DNA of 32,000 nucleotides from Acinetobacter bereziniae LMG 1003 = CIP 70.12 (GTDB lineage Bacteria; Pseudomonadota; Gammaproteobacteria; Pseudomonadales; Moraxellaceae): NCBI RefSeq assembly GCF_000368925.1, contig NZ_KB849756.1, positions 1 to 32,000 of the forward strand, read 5' to 3'. Shown piece by piece: positions 23,258 to 32,000 of this stretch (position 1 is its first letter; each line of letters starts with the position of its first letter). The notes under the pieces were generated by a model. It saw only the letters and a program-made list of their open reading frames with translations, ran no database searches and was not told where the DNA came from. The position numbers and the translations under genes were made by a program.

Positions 23258-24412
23258 TTAAGTTGTTGCTTCCCGAATCATATTTTTTGCAATAATCAAT
23301 TGTTGAACCTGCGTAGTTCCTTCATATAAACGGAATAAACGTACATCACGATAAAAACGTTCAATTGCGTATTCACTGATATAGCCCGCACCACCATGAA
23401 TTTGCACACAGCGGTCTGCAACTCGACCACACATTTCAGTGGCAAACATTTTGCTACAAGAGGCTTCTGTACTAATATTTTCACCTTGATCACGGCGGCG
23501 TGCAGCATCAAGGACCATGCATTTCGCTGCATAAATTTCTGCTTTTGAATCTGCAAGCATGGCTTGAATCAATTGAAAGTTAGCAATGGGCTGACCAAAT
23601 TGCTTGCGCTCAATGGCATAGTGCAATGCATCATTTAACATCCGTTCAGCGATGCCCACACTATAAGCACCAATATGTAAGCGCCCTTTGTCTAGGACTT
23701 TCATTGCAGTTTTAAAGCCTATTCCTTCCACACCACCGATTAAAGCAGATGCGGGAACTCGACAATTTTCAAAAATTACATCACAAGTATGAGAACCTTT
23801 TTGTCCCATCTTTTGATCAATTTTTCCTAAACTTATCCCAGGGGTATTGGCTTCGACTAAAAAAGCAGAAATGCCATTTGCACCTTTGATTTCGGGGTTT
23901 GTTCGCGCCATAACTGTAAAAGTTGAAGCATGAGGAGCATTGGTAATAAAGCGTTTTGTGCCATTGAGAATATAAAAATCACCCTCTTTAACTGCACTGG
24001 TTTTTAAAGAGGCTGCATCTGAACCTGCTTCAGGTTCGGTCAAACAAAACGAACCAATAATTTCTCCACTGGCGTAGCGAGGAAGGTATTTTTGTTTTTG
24101 CTCTTCTGTACCATCGATTAAAATAGCACTTGAACCGATGCCATTATTGGTACCAATGAGTGAGCGAAAAGCTGGAGAGGTTTGTCCAAGTGCAAATGCA
24201 ACATTAACCTCTTCTTCCATGGTAATCCCTAAACCACCATATTGCTCTGGAATGGTGAGTCCAAATAAACCAAGCTCACGCATTTGTTGCACAATATCGT
24301 CTGGTATTTTGTCTTGCTCAGCCACTTCATGTTCACGTGGAATCAATTCATTATTTACAAAATCACCAATTGTCGTCAGTAATTGCTGCAACATCCCTTC
24401 ATCACGAATCAT
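23258..24412 (-). CDS. dcaA: Acyl-CoA dehydrogenase (384 aa)
   Basis: ACAD motifs (CLTEPEAGSD, QIHGGAGY, YEGTTQVQ). SD AAGGGAGA. First gene of the leftward dca operon. Confidence 0.85.
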   Translation of the reverse strand: MIRDEGMLQQLLTTIGDFVNNELIPREHEVAEQDKIPDDIVQQMRELGLFGLTIPEQYGGLGITMEEEVNVAFALGQTSPAFRSLIGTNNGIGSSAILIDGTEEQKQKYLPRYASGEIIGSFCLTEPEAGSDAASLKTSAVKEGDFYILNGTKRFITNAPHASTFTVMARTNPEIKGANGISAFLVEANTPGISLGKIDQKMGQKGSHTCDVIFENCRVPASALIGGVEGIGFKTAMKVLDKGRLHIGAYSVGIAERMLNDALHYAIERKQFGQPIANFQLIQAMLADSKAEIYAAKCMVLDAARRRDQGENISTEASCSKMFATEMCGRVADRCVQIHGGAGYISEYAIERFYRDVRLFRLYEGTTQVQQLIIAKNMIREATT

Positions 24413-24559
24413 CTATGATCTCCCTTCTTGTATCTATTTTCTGTGTGTACTGCCCAACAACGATGTCCTGCATTGGGACTGGATTTTTAATCTTATTGAC
24501 TATGAATGTGTTTCATAATAAGAGACTAAAAATGAAAAATTCAAGCTTTTTTGAAAATT

Positions 24560-24578
24560 AATTTCGTTTAACGAAATT
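24560..24578. promoter_or_regulatory. Perfect palindrome AATTTCGTT-T-AACGAAATT in the dcaA/dcaE divergent region (candidate operator)
   Basis: 19 bp, 9 of 9 arm positions complementary. Lies centrally in the 314-bp divergent gap. Confidence 0.55.
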
Positions 24579-24696
24579 TTATAATTGACGATTATTAAAT
24601 ATCAATTACTTAGCTAAATAGTCAGCCACTTAAATTTTCATAGAGACAAATAATACTTGAAATAAATTTCAAAATAAGCATTATTAAAGAAATATA

Positions 24697-24713
24697 GTTT
24701 TGATATGCGAAAC
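24697..24713. promoter_or_regulatory. Related 17-bp site GTTTTGATATGCGAAAC just upstream of the dcaE SD
   Basis: Same TTTyG-N5-CGAAA pattern, 5 of 8 arm pairs complementary. Confidence 0.4.
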
Positions 24714-24726
24714 AAGGAATTCATAA

Positions 24727-25515
24727 ATGAGTGAAATCACAGGGAACAATTTCATCGAAGTTGATTATGGTTTTCAAAATATAGCAATCGTTAAGATCAA
24801 TCGTCCAGAAGCTAAAAATGCGCTGAACACTGAAGTGCGTAAACAACTGGCTCAAGTATTTACTGAATTAAGCTTCGACGATCAGATCCATGCAATTGTA
24901 TTAACAGGCGGTGATGAGGTATTTGCAGCGGGTGCTGACTTAAAAGAAATGGCAACGGCAACATCGACAGAAATGCTTTTGCGACATACAGAGCGCTATT
25001 GGAACGCCATTGCCCAATGTCCTAAAACTGTGATTGCTGCAGTAAATGGCTATGCATTAGGTGGTGGTTGTGAACTGGCAATGCATAGCGACATCATTAT
25101 TGCAGGCAAAGGTGCAATTTTCGGGCAACCCGAAATTAAGGTGGGTTTGATGCCAGGCGCTGGTGGTACACAACGCTTATTCCGTGCTGTAGGTAAGTTT
25201 CATGCGATGCGAATGATTATGACGGGTGCAATGGTAAAGGCGGAAGAAGCTTATATCATTGGATTGGTTTCTCAAGTGACTGAAGATGATCAAACCATTC
25301 CCACTGCGATTCAAATGGCTCAAAGTCTCGCAAAAATGCCACCAATTGCCCTGCAGCAAATTAAAGAAGTTGCATTGATGAGCGAAGATGTTCCTTTAAA
25401 TGCAGGGCTATGCTTAGAGCGCAAATCGTTCCAATTGCTGTTTTCAACTGAAGATAAAAACGAAGGTATTCAAGCTTTTATTGAAAAGCGTAAACCATCA
25501 TACCAAGGCAAATAA
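24727..25515 (+). CDS. dcaE: Enoyl-CoA hydratase
   Basis: Crotonase motifs (INRPEAKNAL, FAAGADLKEM, AAVNGYALGGGCELAM). Confidence 0.85.
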   Translation: MSEITGNNFIEVDYGFQNIAIVKINRPEAKNALNTEVRKQLAQVFTELSFDDQIHAIVLTGGDEVFAAGADLKEMATATSTEMLLRHTERYWNAIAQCPKTVIAAVNGYALGGGCELAMHSDIIIAGKGAIFGQPEIKVGLMPGAGGTQRLFRAVGKFHAMRMIMTGAMVKAEEAYIIGLVSQVTEDDQTIPTAIQMAQSLAKMPPIALQQIKEVALMSEDVPLNAGLCLERKSFQLLFSTEDKNEGIQAFIEKRKPSYQGK

Positions 25516-25544
25516 CCTTCACCGATCAACAACGTGGAATAAAA

Positions 25545-26306
25545 ATGGCAAGAAAAGTATTGATTAGCGCGGGCGGTGCTGGAATTGGGCGTCATATTGC
25601 AGAAGCATTTTTAAATCAACAAGATGATGTCTATGTTTGTGATATGAATGCAGACAGCTTAACTCAATTTCAGCAAGCGTATCCTAGCCTTCATATTTAT
25701 CAGTGTGATCTATCGAAACATGATCAAATCAAAAACATGTTCAATGATGCGACAGAAAAACTGGGACATATCGACATATTGGTTAACAATACTGGGATTT
25801 CGGGTCCAACTGTAGCAGCAGAAGAACTGAGTTTTAATGATTGGAATACTGTATTGAACCTAAATTTAACCAGTACTTTTCTGCTTACCCAATTTGCTAT
25901 CCCACTTTTAAAATGTTCTGAATCTGGTGTCATTATTAATATGTCTTCCATCGCTGGACGTTTAGGCTATCCCTATCGGTTAGCCTATTCAACATCAAAA
26001 TGGGGACTGATTGGCTTTACCAAGACATTGTCAATGGAACTTGGTCCAGACAATATTCGGGTAAATGCCATACTTCCTGGTGCAGTCGATGGTGAGCGCG
26101 TTGAACGTGTGCTGCAAGCACGTGCGGATTTGACCAATAGCACCTTAGATGCTGTCACTCAAAATGCACTCAAAAACCAATCACTCAAATATTTTGTCAA
26201 TCCTAAACACATTGCTGACTTATGCCTATTTTTAGCTTCAGAGAGTGGTCGTTCGATTTCAGGACAAATTTTACCCATAGATGGTGACAAACAATGTCTG
26301 AGTTAA
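25545..26306 (+). CDS. dcaC: Short-chain dehydrogenase/reductase
   Basis: GGAGIGRHIA nucleotide-binding motif, NNTG, and catalytic YSTSK. Confidence 0.8.
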   Translation: MARKVLISAGGAGIGRHIAEAFLNQQDDVYVCDMNADSLTQFQQAYPSLHIYQCDLSKHDQIKNMFNDATEKLGHIDILVNNTGISGPTVAAEELSFNDWNTVLNLNLTSTFLLTQFAIPLLKCSESGVIINMSSIAGRLGYPYRLAYSTSKWGLIGFTKTLSMELGPDNIRVNAILPGAVDGERVERVLQARADLTNSTLDAVTQNALKNQSLKYFVNPKHIADLCLFLASESGRSISGQILPIDGDKQCLS

Positions 26307-26363
26307 AAACTCAAATTTCACGCGCTTTATTTTTGAATATAGACCAGTTATCAGGATGATCAC

Positions 26364-27887
26364 ATGACTTATGATATTAAAAGCTTGGCTGTAATCGGTG
26401 TGGGCATTATGGGCAGTGGTATTGCTCAAATCGCAGCACAATCAGGTCATAGAACATATTTATATGACACAAAAGATGGCGCTGCACTACAGGCTAAAGA
26501 AAAGCTTGCAGCAACATTTCAAAAATTAGTCGAAAAAAATAAAATCACTGTTGAACAAGCTGAAAGTGCCAACCAACATTTAATTGTTGCGCAACAACTT
26601 GAAGACTTAAAATCTTGCGATCTTATTGTAGAAGCGATCGTTGAGCGTCTAGACATTAAACAAGGTTTAATGCAGCAACTTGAACAAATCGTTTCAGATA
26701 CAACCATATTAGCTTCAAATACCTCATCGCTGTCTATCACGGCAATTGCTGCAAACTGTAAACTGCCTGAACGTGTTGTCGGCTTTCATTTCTTTAATCC
26801 TGTTCCACTGATGAAAGTTGTCGAAGTTATCCAAGGGTTAAAAACAGATCAACAGATCATTGAAACACTTTGCCAGTTGTCTCATGCATTTGGTCATCGC
26901 CCTGTAATTGCCAAAGATACTCCGGGATTTATCATTAACCATGCTGGGCGAGCATATGGAACAGAAGCATTAAAAATTTTAAATGAAAATGTTTCAGATA
27001 TTAGTGAAATTGACCGCATTTTACGAGATGGTGTGGGTTTCAGAATGGGTCCCTTCGAGCTCATGGATTTAACTGGGCTTGATGTATCACATCCAGTAAT
27101 GGAATCGATTTACCATCAATATTACGAAGAAGCACGCTATAAACCCAATCCTTTAACCAAACAAATGCTCGAAGCTAAACAACTTGGGCGAAAAGTCAAA
27201 CAAGGTTTTTATAGTTATGCAATAGGTAGCAAAAGCGGTGAAAAACCAGCACAGTATGTCGAAGCATTAACAAAGTATCCGAGCGTATGGATTGCAGCAG
27301 ACTTTGCTGAGGATAAACAACGCATCGAGGATTATCTCATCCAGCACAATATTTCTTTGGATACGGGCGAACATCCGCAGGCGGAAAGTTTATGTCTAGT
27401 GGCTTGTTATGGTGAAGATACCACACAAACAATCAAACGGCTTCACTTAAACCCAGAGCATACCGTGGCAATCGACCTGCTATATGGTATCGAAAAACAT
27501 CGAACACTGATGCCATCGCTACGAACAACATCTGAGTACCGTCAAGCTGCCCATTCCATCTTTAACTTAGATGGCGCAATGGTCAGTATGATCAATGAAA
27601 GTATTGGTTTTGTTGCACAACGTGTTTTAGCCATGGTGATCAATCTGGGTTGTGATATTGCCCAGCAAAATATCGCATCAGTTGATGATATTAATGCTGC
27701 TGTTCGTTTAGGGCTCGGGTATCCATTTGGTCCAATTGAATGGGGTGATCAGATCGGAAGCGATAAAATCTTACTGATCCTCAACCGTATATCTGCCTTG
27801 ACCTATGACCCACGTTATCGCCCTAGCCCATGGCTACAACGTCGTGTCGCATTAAACTTACCACTAACTTTTAATTCTGAATATTGA
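26364..27887 (+). CDS. dcaH: 3-hydroxyacyl-CoA dehydrogenase (507 aa, extended C-terminus)
   Basis: IGVGIMGSGIA Rossmann motif, FHFFNPVPLMKVVE, and a duplicated C-terminal domain. Confidence 0.85.
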   Translation: MTYDIKSLAVIGVGIMGSGIAQIAAQSGHRTYLYDTKDGAALQAKEKLAATFQKLVEKNKITVEQAESANQHLIVAQQLEDLKSCDLIVEAIVERLDIKQGLMQQLEQIVSDTTILASNTSSLSITAIAANCKLPERVVGFHFFNPVPLMKVVEVIQGLKTDQQIIETLCQLSHAFGHRPVIAKDTPGFIINHAGRAYGTEALKILNENVSDISEIDRILRDGVGFRMGPFELMDLTGLDVSHPVMESIYHQYYEEARYKPNPLTKQMLEAKQLGRKVKQGFYSYAIGSKSGEKPAQYVEALTKYPSVWIAADFAEDKQRIEDYLIQHNISLDTGEHPQAESLCLVACYGEDTTQTIKRLHLNPEHTVAIDLLYGIEKHRTLMPSLRTTSEYRQAAHSIFNLDGAMVSMINESIGFVAQRVLAMVINLGCDIAQQNIASVDDINAAVRLGLGYPFGPIEWGDQIGSDKILLILNRISALTYDPRYRPSPWLQRRVALNLPLTFNSEY

Positions 27888-27901
27888 AAAGGAAATTCTC
27901 T

Positions 27902-29107
27902 ATGTTAAATGCTTATATTTATGACGGTCTACGTAGTCCAATTGGTCGACATGCAGGCGAACTTGCATCAGTGCGCCCCGATGATCTTGTTGCGATGGTT
28001 ATGCAAAAACTTCTAGAAAAAACAGGTGTGCCTGGTGCAGACATAGAAGATGTCATTTTAGGAGATACCAATCAAGGTGGTGAAGACAGCCGCAATGTTG
28101 CCCGGAATGCCCTATTGCTTGCAGGTTTACCTGTAACGGTTGCTGGACAAACAGTCAACCGCTTATGTGCCAGTGGTTTAGGTGCTGTGATTGATTCAGC
28201 ACGTGCGATTACCTGTGGTGAAGGTGACTTATATATTGCTGGAGGTGTAGAAAGTATGTCTCGTGCGCCTTTTGTGATGGCAAAAGCTGAAAGTGCTTAT
28301 AGTCGTGATGTAAATATCTACGATACCACCATCGGTTCACGGTTCCCCAATAAAAAGCTGATTGCACAATATGGCGGACATTCTATGCCTGAAACGGGCG
28401 ATAATGTTGCAGTTGAATTTGGCATTACTAGAGAACAGGCAGATCTATTTGCTGCTCAATCACAGGCAAAATATCAACAAGCCAAGCAAGATGGCTTTTT
28501 CAATGACGAAATTACTCCCATCGAAGTTTTTCAAGGAAAAAAATTACCTCCAAAATTGGTCATAGAGGATGAACACCCACGCCCGAGTTCTACAGTAGAA
28601 GCTTTAAGCAAGTTAAAACCGCTATTTGAAGGTGGTGTAGTCACAGCGGGTAATGCCTCGGGCATCAATGATGGTGCAGCAGCACTTCTTATAGGTTCAG
28701 AACTCGCTGGTCAAAAATATGGCTTAAAACCAATGGCTAAAATTTTATCCGCGGCAGCGGCAGGCATTGAGCCACGTATTATGGGCGCTGGTCCAATTGA
28801 AGCCATCAAAAAAGCTGTAGCACGTGCAGGTCTTCGTTTAGATGATATGGATATTATTGAAATCAATGAAGCTTTTGCTTCTCAAGTCTTATCTTGCTTA
28901 AAAGGTTTAGATATTGATTTTAATGACCCACGTGTGAACCCAAATGGCGGTGCAATTGCGATTGGTCATCCTTTGGGTGCTTCTGGTGCACGTCTCGCAC
29001 TGACAGTGTCACGAGAACTGATTCGCCGTAATAAAAAATATGCGGTGGTGAGTCTATGTATTGGAGTGGGACAAGGCTTAGCAATGGTGATTGAAAACGT
29101 TGCTTAA
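27902..29107 (+). CDS. dcaF: Acetyl-CoA acyltransferase (thiolase)
   Basis: NRLCASGL active-site Cys, GHPLGASGAR, CIGVGQG. The ORF track starts at TTG 27884, but the ATG at 27902 follows AAAGGAAA. Confidence 0.85.
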   Translation: MLNAYIYDGLRSPIGRHAGELASVRPDDLVAMVMQKLLEKTGVPGADIEDVILGDTNQGGEDSRNVARNALLLAGLPVTVAGQTVNRLCASGLGAVIDSARAITCGEGDLYIAGGVESMSRAPFVMAKAESAYSRDVNIYDTTIGSRFPNKKLIAQYGGHSMPETGDNVAVEFGITREQADLFAAQSQAKYQQAKQDGFFNDEITPIEVFQGKKLPPKLVIEDEHPRPSSTVEALSKLKPLFEGGVVTAGNASGINDGAAALLIGSELAGQKYGLKPMAKILSAAAAGIEPRIMGAGPIEAIKKAVARAGLRLDDMDIIEINEAFASQVLSCLKGLDIDFNDPRVNPNGGAIAIGHPLGASGARLALTVSRELIRRNKKYAVVSLCIGVGQGLAMVIENVA

Positions 29108-29119
29108 GCATTAACGATT

Positions 29120-29160
29120 ATCCATTCATCACAACAGCGCAGTGATGAATGGATTTATTT
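29120..29160 (+). terminator. Rho-independent terminator after dcaF
   Basis: 13-bp perfect stem atccattcatcac / gtgatgaatggat, 9-nt loop, then ttattttg. Confidence 0.8.
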
Positions 29161-29173
29161 TGCATAGCGAAAT
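29157..29173. promoter_or_regulatory. 17-bp site ATTTTGCATAGCGAAAT upstream of the IclR gene
   Basis: 6 of 8 arm pairs complementary. Same family as 24561-24577. Confidence 0.45.
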
Positions 29174-29176
29174 ATA

Positions 29177-30055
29177 ATGGATAAACTGTTGTTTATTATA
29201 TTTGAGTATCGAATGTCTCAGAATTCAGAACCTGAACAAACTATAAATTTTGATGAGATACGTCTAGATCCTATTTCTCATATTCATCGTGAAAATAACC
29301 CACAATTTATTGCATCTTTGGCACGCGGTTTAGAGTTGTTACGTTGTTTTTCGGCTAACCATCAAGTGTTAGGTAACCAAGAGTTGGCAAAAATGACCGG
29401 TTTACCCAAACCGACGATTGCACGGATTACCAATACGCTTGTGTCTCTAGGTTATTTAAAACAACTGCCCAACTCAACTAAATACACTTTAGACATTGGT
29501 GTCTTGTCTTTGGGTTATGCTGCCTTGTCCAATATTTCGATTCGTAATATTGCGCATCGTTATATGGAAGAGTTGAGTCAATACGTTCAAGCACCTGTTG
29601 CAATGGCGACACGTGATCGTTTAAACATGGTTTATATTGATGTGGTACAAATTGAAACAGCGTTAAATATGCGCCGTCCGATTGGTTCAACCTTGCCCCT
29701 CCACAGCAGTTCTATGGGAAGAGCCTGTTTAGCGGCAACACCTGAACGTGAACGTAATTTCTTACTCGATGCGCTGAAACAAAAAAATCCTGAAAACTGG
29801 CCTGCAATTAAACGCTCTCTTGAACGTGCTTTTCGAGATTACCAAGATTATGGATATTGTCTTTCTTTAGGTGAATGGCATAAAGAAGTCAATTCTGTTG
29901 CTGTGCCTTTAGTGAGTTCTCAACATGGTCTTTATGTCTTTAACTGTGGCGCACCTAGTTTTCATTTAAATCCGGAAAAACTTGAAGGTGAAATTGGACC
30001 TCATTTAATTCATATGGTGCATAACATTCAAGATGCATTGAATGAAACACACTGA
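29177..30055 (+). CDS. IclR-family transcriptional regulator (PcaR/PcaU/DcaR-like)
   Basis: IclR HTH (LGNQELAKMTGLPKPTIARITNTLVSLGYL) and effector domain. An alternative start is the ATG at 29213 (MSQNSEPEQ). Confidence 0.85.
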   Translation: MDKLLFIIFEYRMSQNSEPEQTINFDEIRLDPISHIHRENNPQFIASLARGLELLRCFSANHQVLGNQELAKMTGLPKPTIARITNTLVSLGYLKQLPNSTKYTLDIGVLSLGYAALSNISIRNIAHRYMEELSQYVQAPVAMATRDRLNMVYIDVVQIETALNMRRPIGSTLPLHSSSMGRACLAATPERERNFLLDALKQKNPENWPAIKRSLERAFRDYQDYGYCLSLGEWHKEVNSVAVPLVSSQHGLYVFNCGAPSFHLNPEKLEGEIGPHLIHMVHNIQDALNETH

Positions 30056-30126
30056 TCAGCTGATTTGAAAGAAGTTCAGAGATCATATGAATAAATGATT
30101 CAATTTCATGCTAGCAAACAAAAGGC

Positions 30127-31296
30127 ATGATGAAAAACACACTCTATACCCCGACCATTATTTTAATGGCAATTGCAGCAGGCATCTGTACGGGCGGGAA
30201 TTACTTTAGCCAACCACTGATTCACTCAATGAGTTTGAGTTTAAATATATCGGATACCACAACAGCGTGGGTGCCAACTTTGGCGCAAATTACTTATGCT
30301 TGTGGCTTGCTGTTTTTGATGCCTTTAGGTGATATTCTTGAAAAGCGTAAGCTGCTTTTTATCTTTATGTTACTGGCTGCATTCGGACTGATTATCAGTG
30401 GCTTTTCTCACAATATTTATCTGTTGATGTTTGGCACAATCATTACAGGGCTATTCTCGAGTTCAGCCCAACTATTGTTACCGCTTGCAGCGAGTCTGGC
30501 TCCTGTTCAGCAAAGCGGGCGTGTTGTGGGATTTTTACTCAGTGGTTTGATGATGGGCGTGTTATTGGCACGTTCAATTTCTGGACTGATCTCAACACTC
30601 TTTGCATGGCATGTGATCTATTTGATCAGTGGTTTTTTACTCTTAATTATTGCAATTATTTTGTATCGCAATATTGGTCGATTCCCTCCAACTCAATCGG
30701 AAAACTATGTAAAAACCATTCATTCCTTGCCAAAGATCTTTTTTCAGAATCGTCGACTAAGAATAAGAACCTATATTGGTGGATTAACTTTTGCCTGTGT
30801 CAGTTTGACCTTTACCACAATGTCACTATTGCTGGCTCCAGCACCATATTTTTTGAGTGATTTCACGATTGGATTATTTGGTTTTGTTGGTATTTTAGGC
30901 ACATTTGTGGCGAATTTCTCAGGTAAATTCATTGATCAAGGCTACATTCATAAAATATCAATCACTTGTGGTTTCGGGCTAATCTTCAGTTGGTTATTAT
31001 TTTTATTATTGGATTATCATTTCATCTTTTATATTTTTGCCCTACTCATCCTTTATGCATCTCTTTCTGCTGTTCATGTCACCAATCAAAGCATTGTGTT
31101 TAAACTCAACCAAGAGTTACGATCACGTTTTAATGCAATCTATATGACGGGATATTTTGCAGGCGGTGCATTGGGTACGACGACAGGCAGTTATGCTTGG
31201 AAACATTTTGGCTGGATAGGTGTGTGTAGCTTAGGCTTGGTATTCGCCATTTTATGTTTATATTGTTGTATTTCAGATGCAAAAAAACCAGCATAA
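30127..31296 (+). CDS. MFS transporter, paralogue of 17952..19160
   Basis: 389 aa. Shared motifs GIC.G.NY..QP and PLGD..EKR with the other MFS. Confidence 0.85.
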   Translation: MMKNTLYTPTIILMAIAAGICTGGNYFSQPLIHSMSLSLNISDTTTAWVPTLAQITYACGLLFLMPLGDILEKRKLLFIFMLLAAFGLIISGFSHNIYLLMFGTIITGLFSSSAQLLLPLAASLAPVQQSGRVVGFLLSGLMMGVLLARSISGLISTLFAWHVIYLISGFLLLIIAIILYRNIGRFPPTQSENYVKTIHSLPKIFFQNRRLRIRTYIGGLTFACVSLTFTTMSLLLAPAPYFLSDFTIGLFGFVGILGTFVANFSGKFIDQGYIHKISITCGFGLIFSWLLFLLLDYHFIFYIFALLILYASLSAVHVTNQSIVFKLNQELRSRFNAIYMTGYFAGGALGTTTGSYAWKHFGWIGVCSLGLVFAILCLYCCISDAKKPA

Positions 31297-31313
31297 TTTA
31301 TGCTGGTTTTTTT
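31288..31313 (+). terminator. Rho-independent (bidirectional) terminator
   Basis: ccagcat-aattt-atgctgg, flanked by A7 upstream and T7 downstream. Confidence 0.75.
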
Positions 31314-31353
31314 AAATTTGTCTCAATCAAGAAATCAACTATACACGCTGTAT

Positions 31354-32000
31354 TTAACTAATCTCAGTACGAATATTATTCACCATATGTAATAAACGTG
31401 GCGCAATATCTTCTTCCAGTTTTTCACGATTCATTATAAAGCTTGGACCACCACAGTTAAATACCAATAAGCCATGTTGTTCATGAATCAATGGAACAGC
31501 TACAGAGTTGACATCTTTATGCCACTCCCCAATGGAAAAGCAATAACCAAAATCTTGATAATCTTTGAATGCTTTATCTAAATCACGATTGATTTTAATC
31601 CAGTCTTCTTTATGTTTACGACGGATTGCATCCAGCAAAAATTCTCTTTCATCTTCAGGCATTGCTGCAAGACACGCACGCCCCATCGAGCTTAAATGAA
31701 TCGGCAAATAGGTTCCAACCTGACGTCGCATGGTCATATTGCCTTTACCTTGAACCACATCCAAATAAATCATATTCAAACGATCACGTGTCGCCATTGC
31801 AACAGCAGCACCTGCGTAATCTGCTAAATTCTTCATATAAGGATGTGCAATATTACGGATGGACACATTGGAAAGCATTGAATATCCGAATGCCAAAACA
31901 CCAACAGAGAGTTGGAATTTACTCGAATTTGGCACTTGTTTGATATAGCCCAAGCGTGACAAGGTATGGGTTAAGCGAGTAATTGTCGGTTTAGGTAAAC
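31354..32000 (-). CDS. IclR-family regulator, 5' end beyond the window (partial)
   Basis: The reading frame is open through 32000 (..LTRLTHTLSRLGYIKQ..). Strongly similar to 29177..30055 across the effector domain. Confidence 0.85.
   Translation of the reverse strand, partial: LPKPTITRLTHTLSRLGYIKQVPNSSKFQLSVGVLAFGYSMLSNVSIRNIAHPYMKNLADYAGAAVAMATRDRLNMIYLDVVQGKGNMTMRRQVGTYLPIHLSSMGRACLAAMPEDEREFLLDAIRRKHKEDWIKINRDLDKAFKDYQDFGYCFSIGEWHKDVNSVAVPLIHEQHGLLVFNCGGPSFIMNREKLEEDIAPRLLHMVNNIRTEIS

Noticed and set aside
24138-24561. Plus-strand ORFs 24138..24518 and 24337..24561 overlapping dcaA and its promoter
   Set aside because: They are antisense to a strongly supported acyl-CoA dehydrogenase. 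Their Ser/Pro/Cys-rich products are typical of antisense frames.
1-32000. Search by eye for CRISPR arrays, tRNA/rRNA genes, IS elements, integrases and reverse transcriptases
   Set aside because: I found no regularly spaced short direct repeats, no cloverleaf-like or rRNA-like segments, no transposase, integrase or RT motifs in any listed ORF, and no terminal inverted repeats flanking a transposase-sized ORF.

Overview
The window looks like an Acinetobacter-type chromosome segment (AT-rich, dca gene order), judged from recalled motifs only; no database search was run. It has four parts. (1) 1-8346: an integrase-less filamentous (inovirus-type) prophage on the minus strand. The gene order is Rep_trans-like initiator, ssDNA-binding protein, small hydrophobic proteins, pVIII-like coat, pIII-like adsorption protein, pVI-like protein, Zot/pI ATPase, then a cargo region of unknown small genes. 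The window begins inside a canonical dif XerD arm. About 95 nt downstream there is a second, inverted dif-like site, separated from the first by perfect stem-loops. This is the CTXphi-style folded-ssDNA attP architecture. (2) 8317-9130: two further, increasingly degenerate copies of the same dif-arm plus stem-loop module bracket a single DUF2132-like gene, which suggests serial Xer-mediated insertions. (3) 9131-12874: a small AT-rich accessory stretch. It holds three orphan small proteins, a type-I-toxin-like 31-aa peptide ORF, and a reverse-order HipA-like kinase / XRE-HTH pair joined by an ATGA overlap, preceded by three TTTGCTCA boxes spaced exactly 41 bp apart. (4) 12875-32000: core metabolism. 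This part contains an Lrp/AsnC regulator and a rarD-like gene broken by a frameshift in a T7 run. It also contains a beta-oxidation module (enoyl-CoA hydratase, 600-aa acyl-CoA dehydrogenase, PaaI thioesterase, MFS) and the dicarboxylate (adipate) catabolic cluster dcaAKIJP / dcaECHF. An IclR-MFS-IclR unit follows. A 17-bp palindrome family (ATTTyG-N5-CrAAAT) recurs in the regulatory gaps of this region. No rRNA, tRNA, CRISPR array, transposase or integrase was seen.
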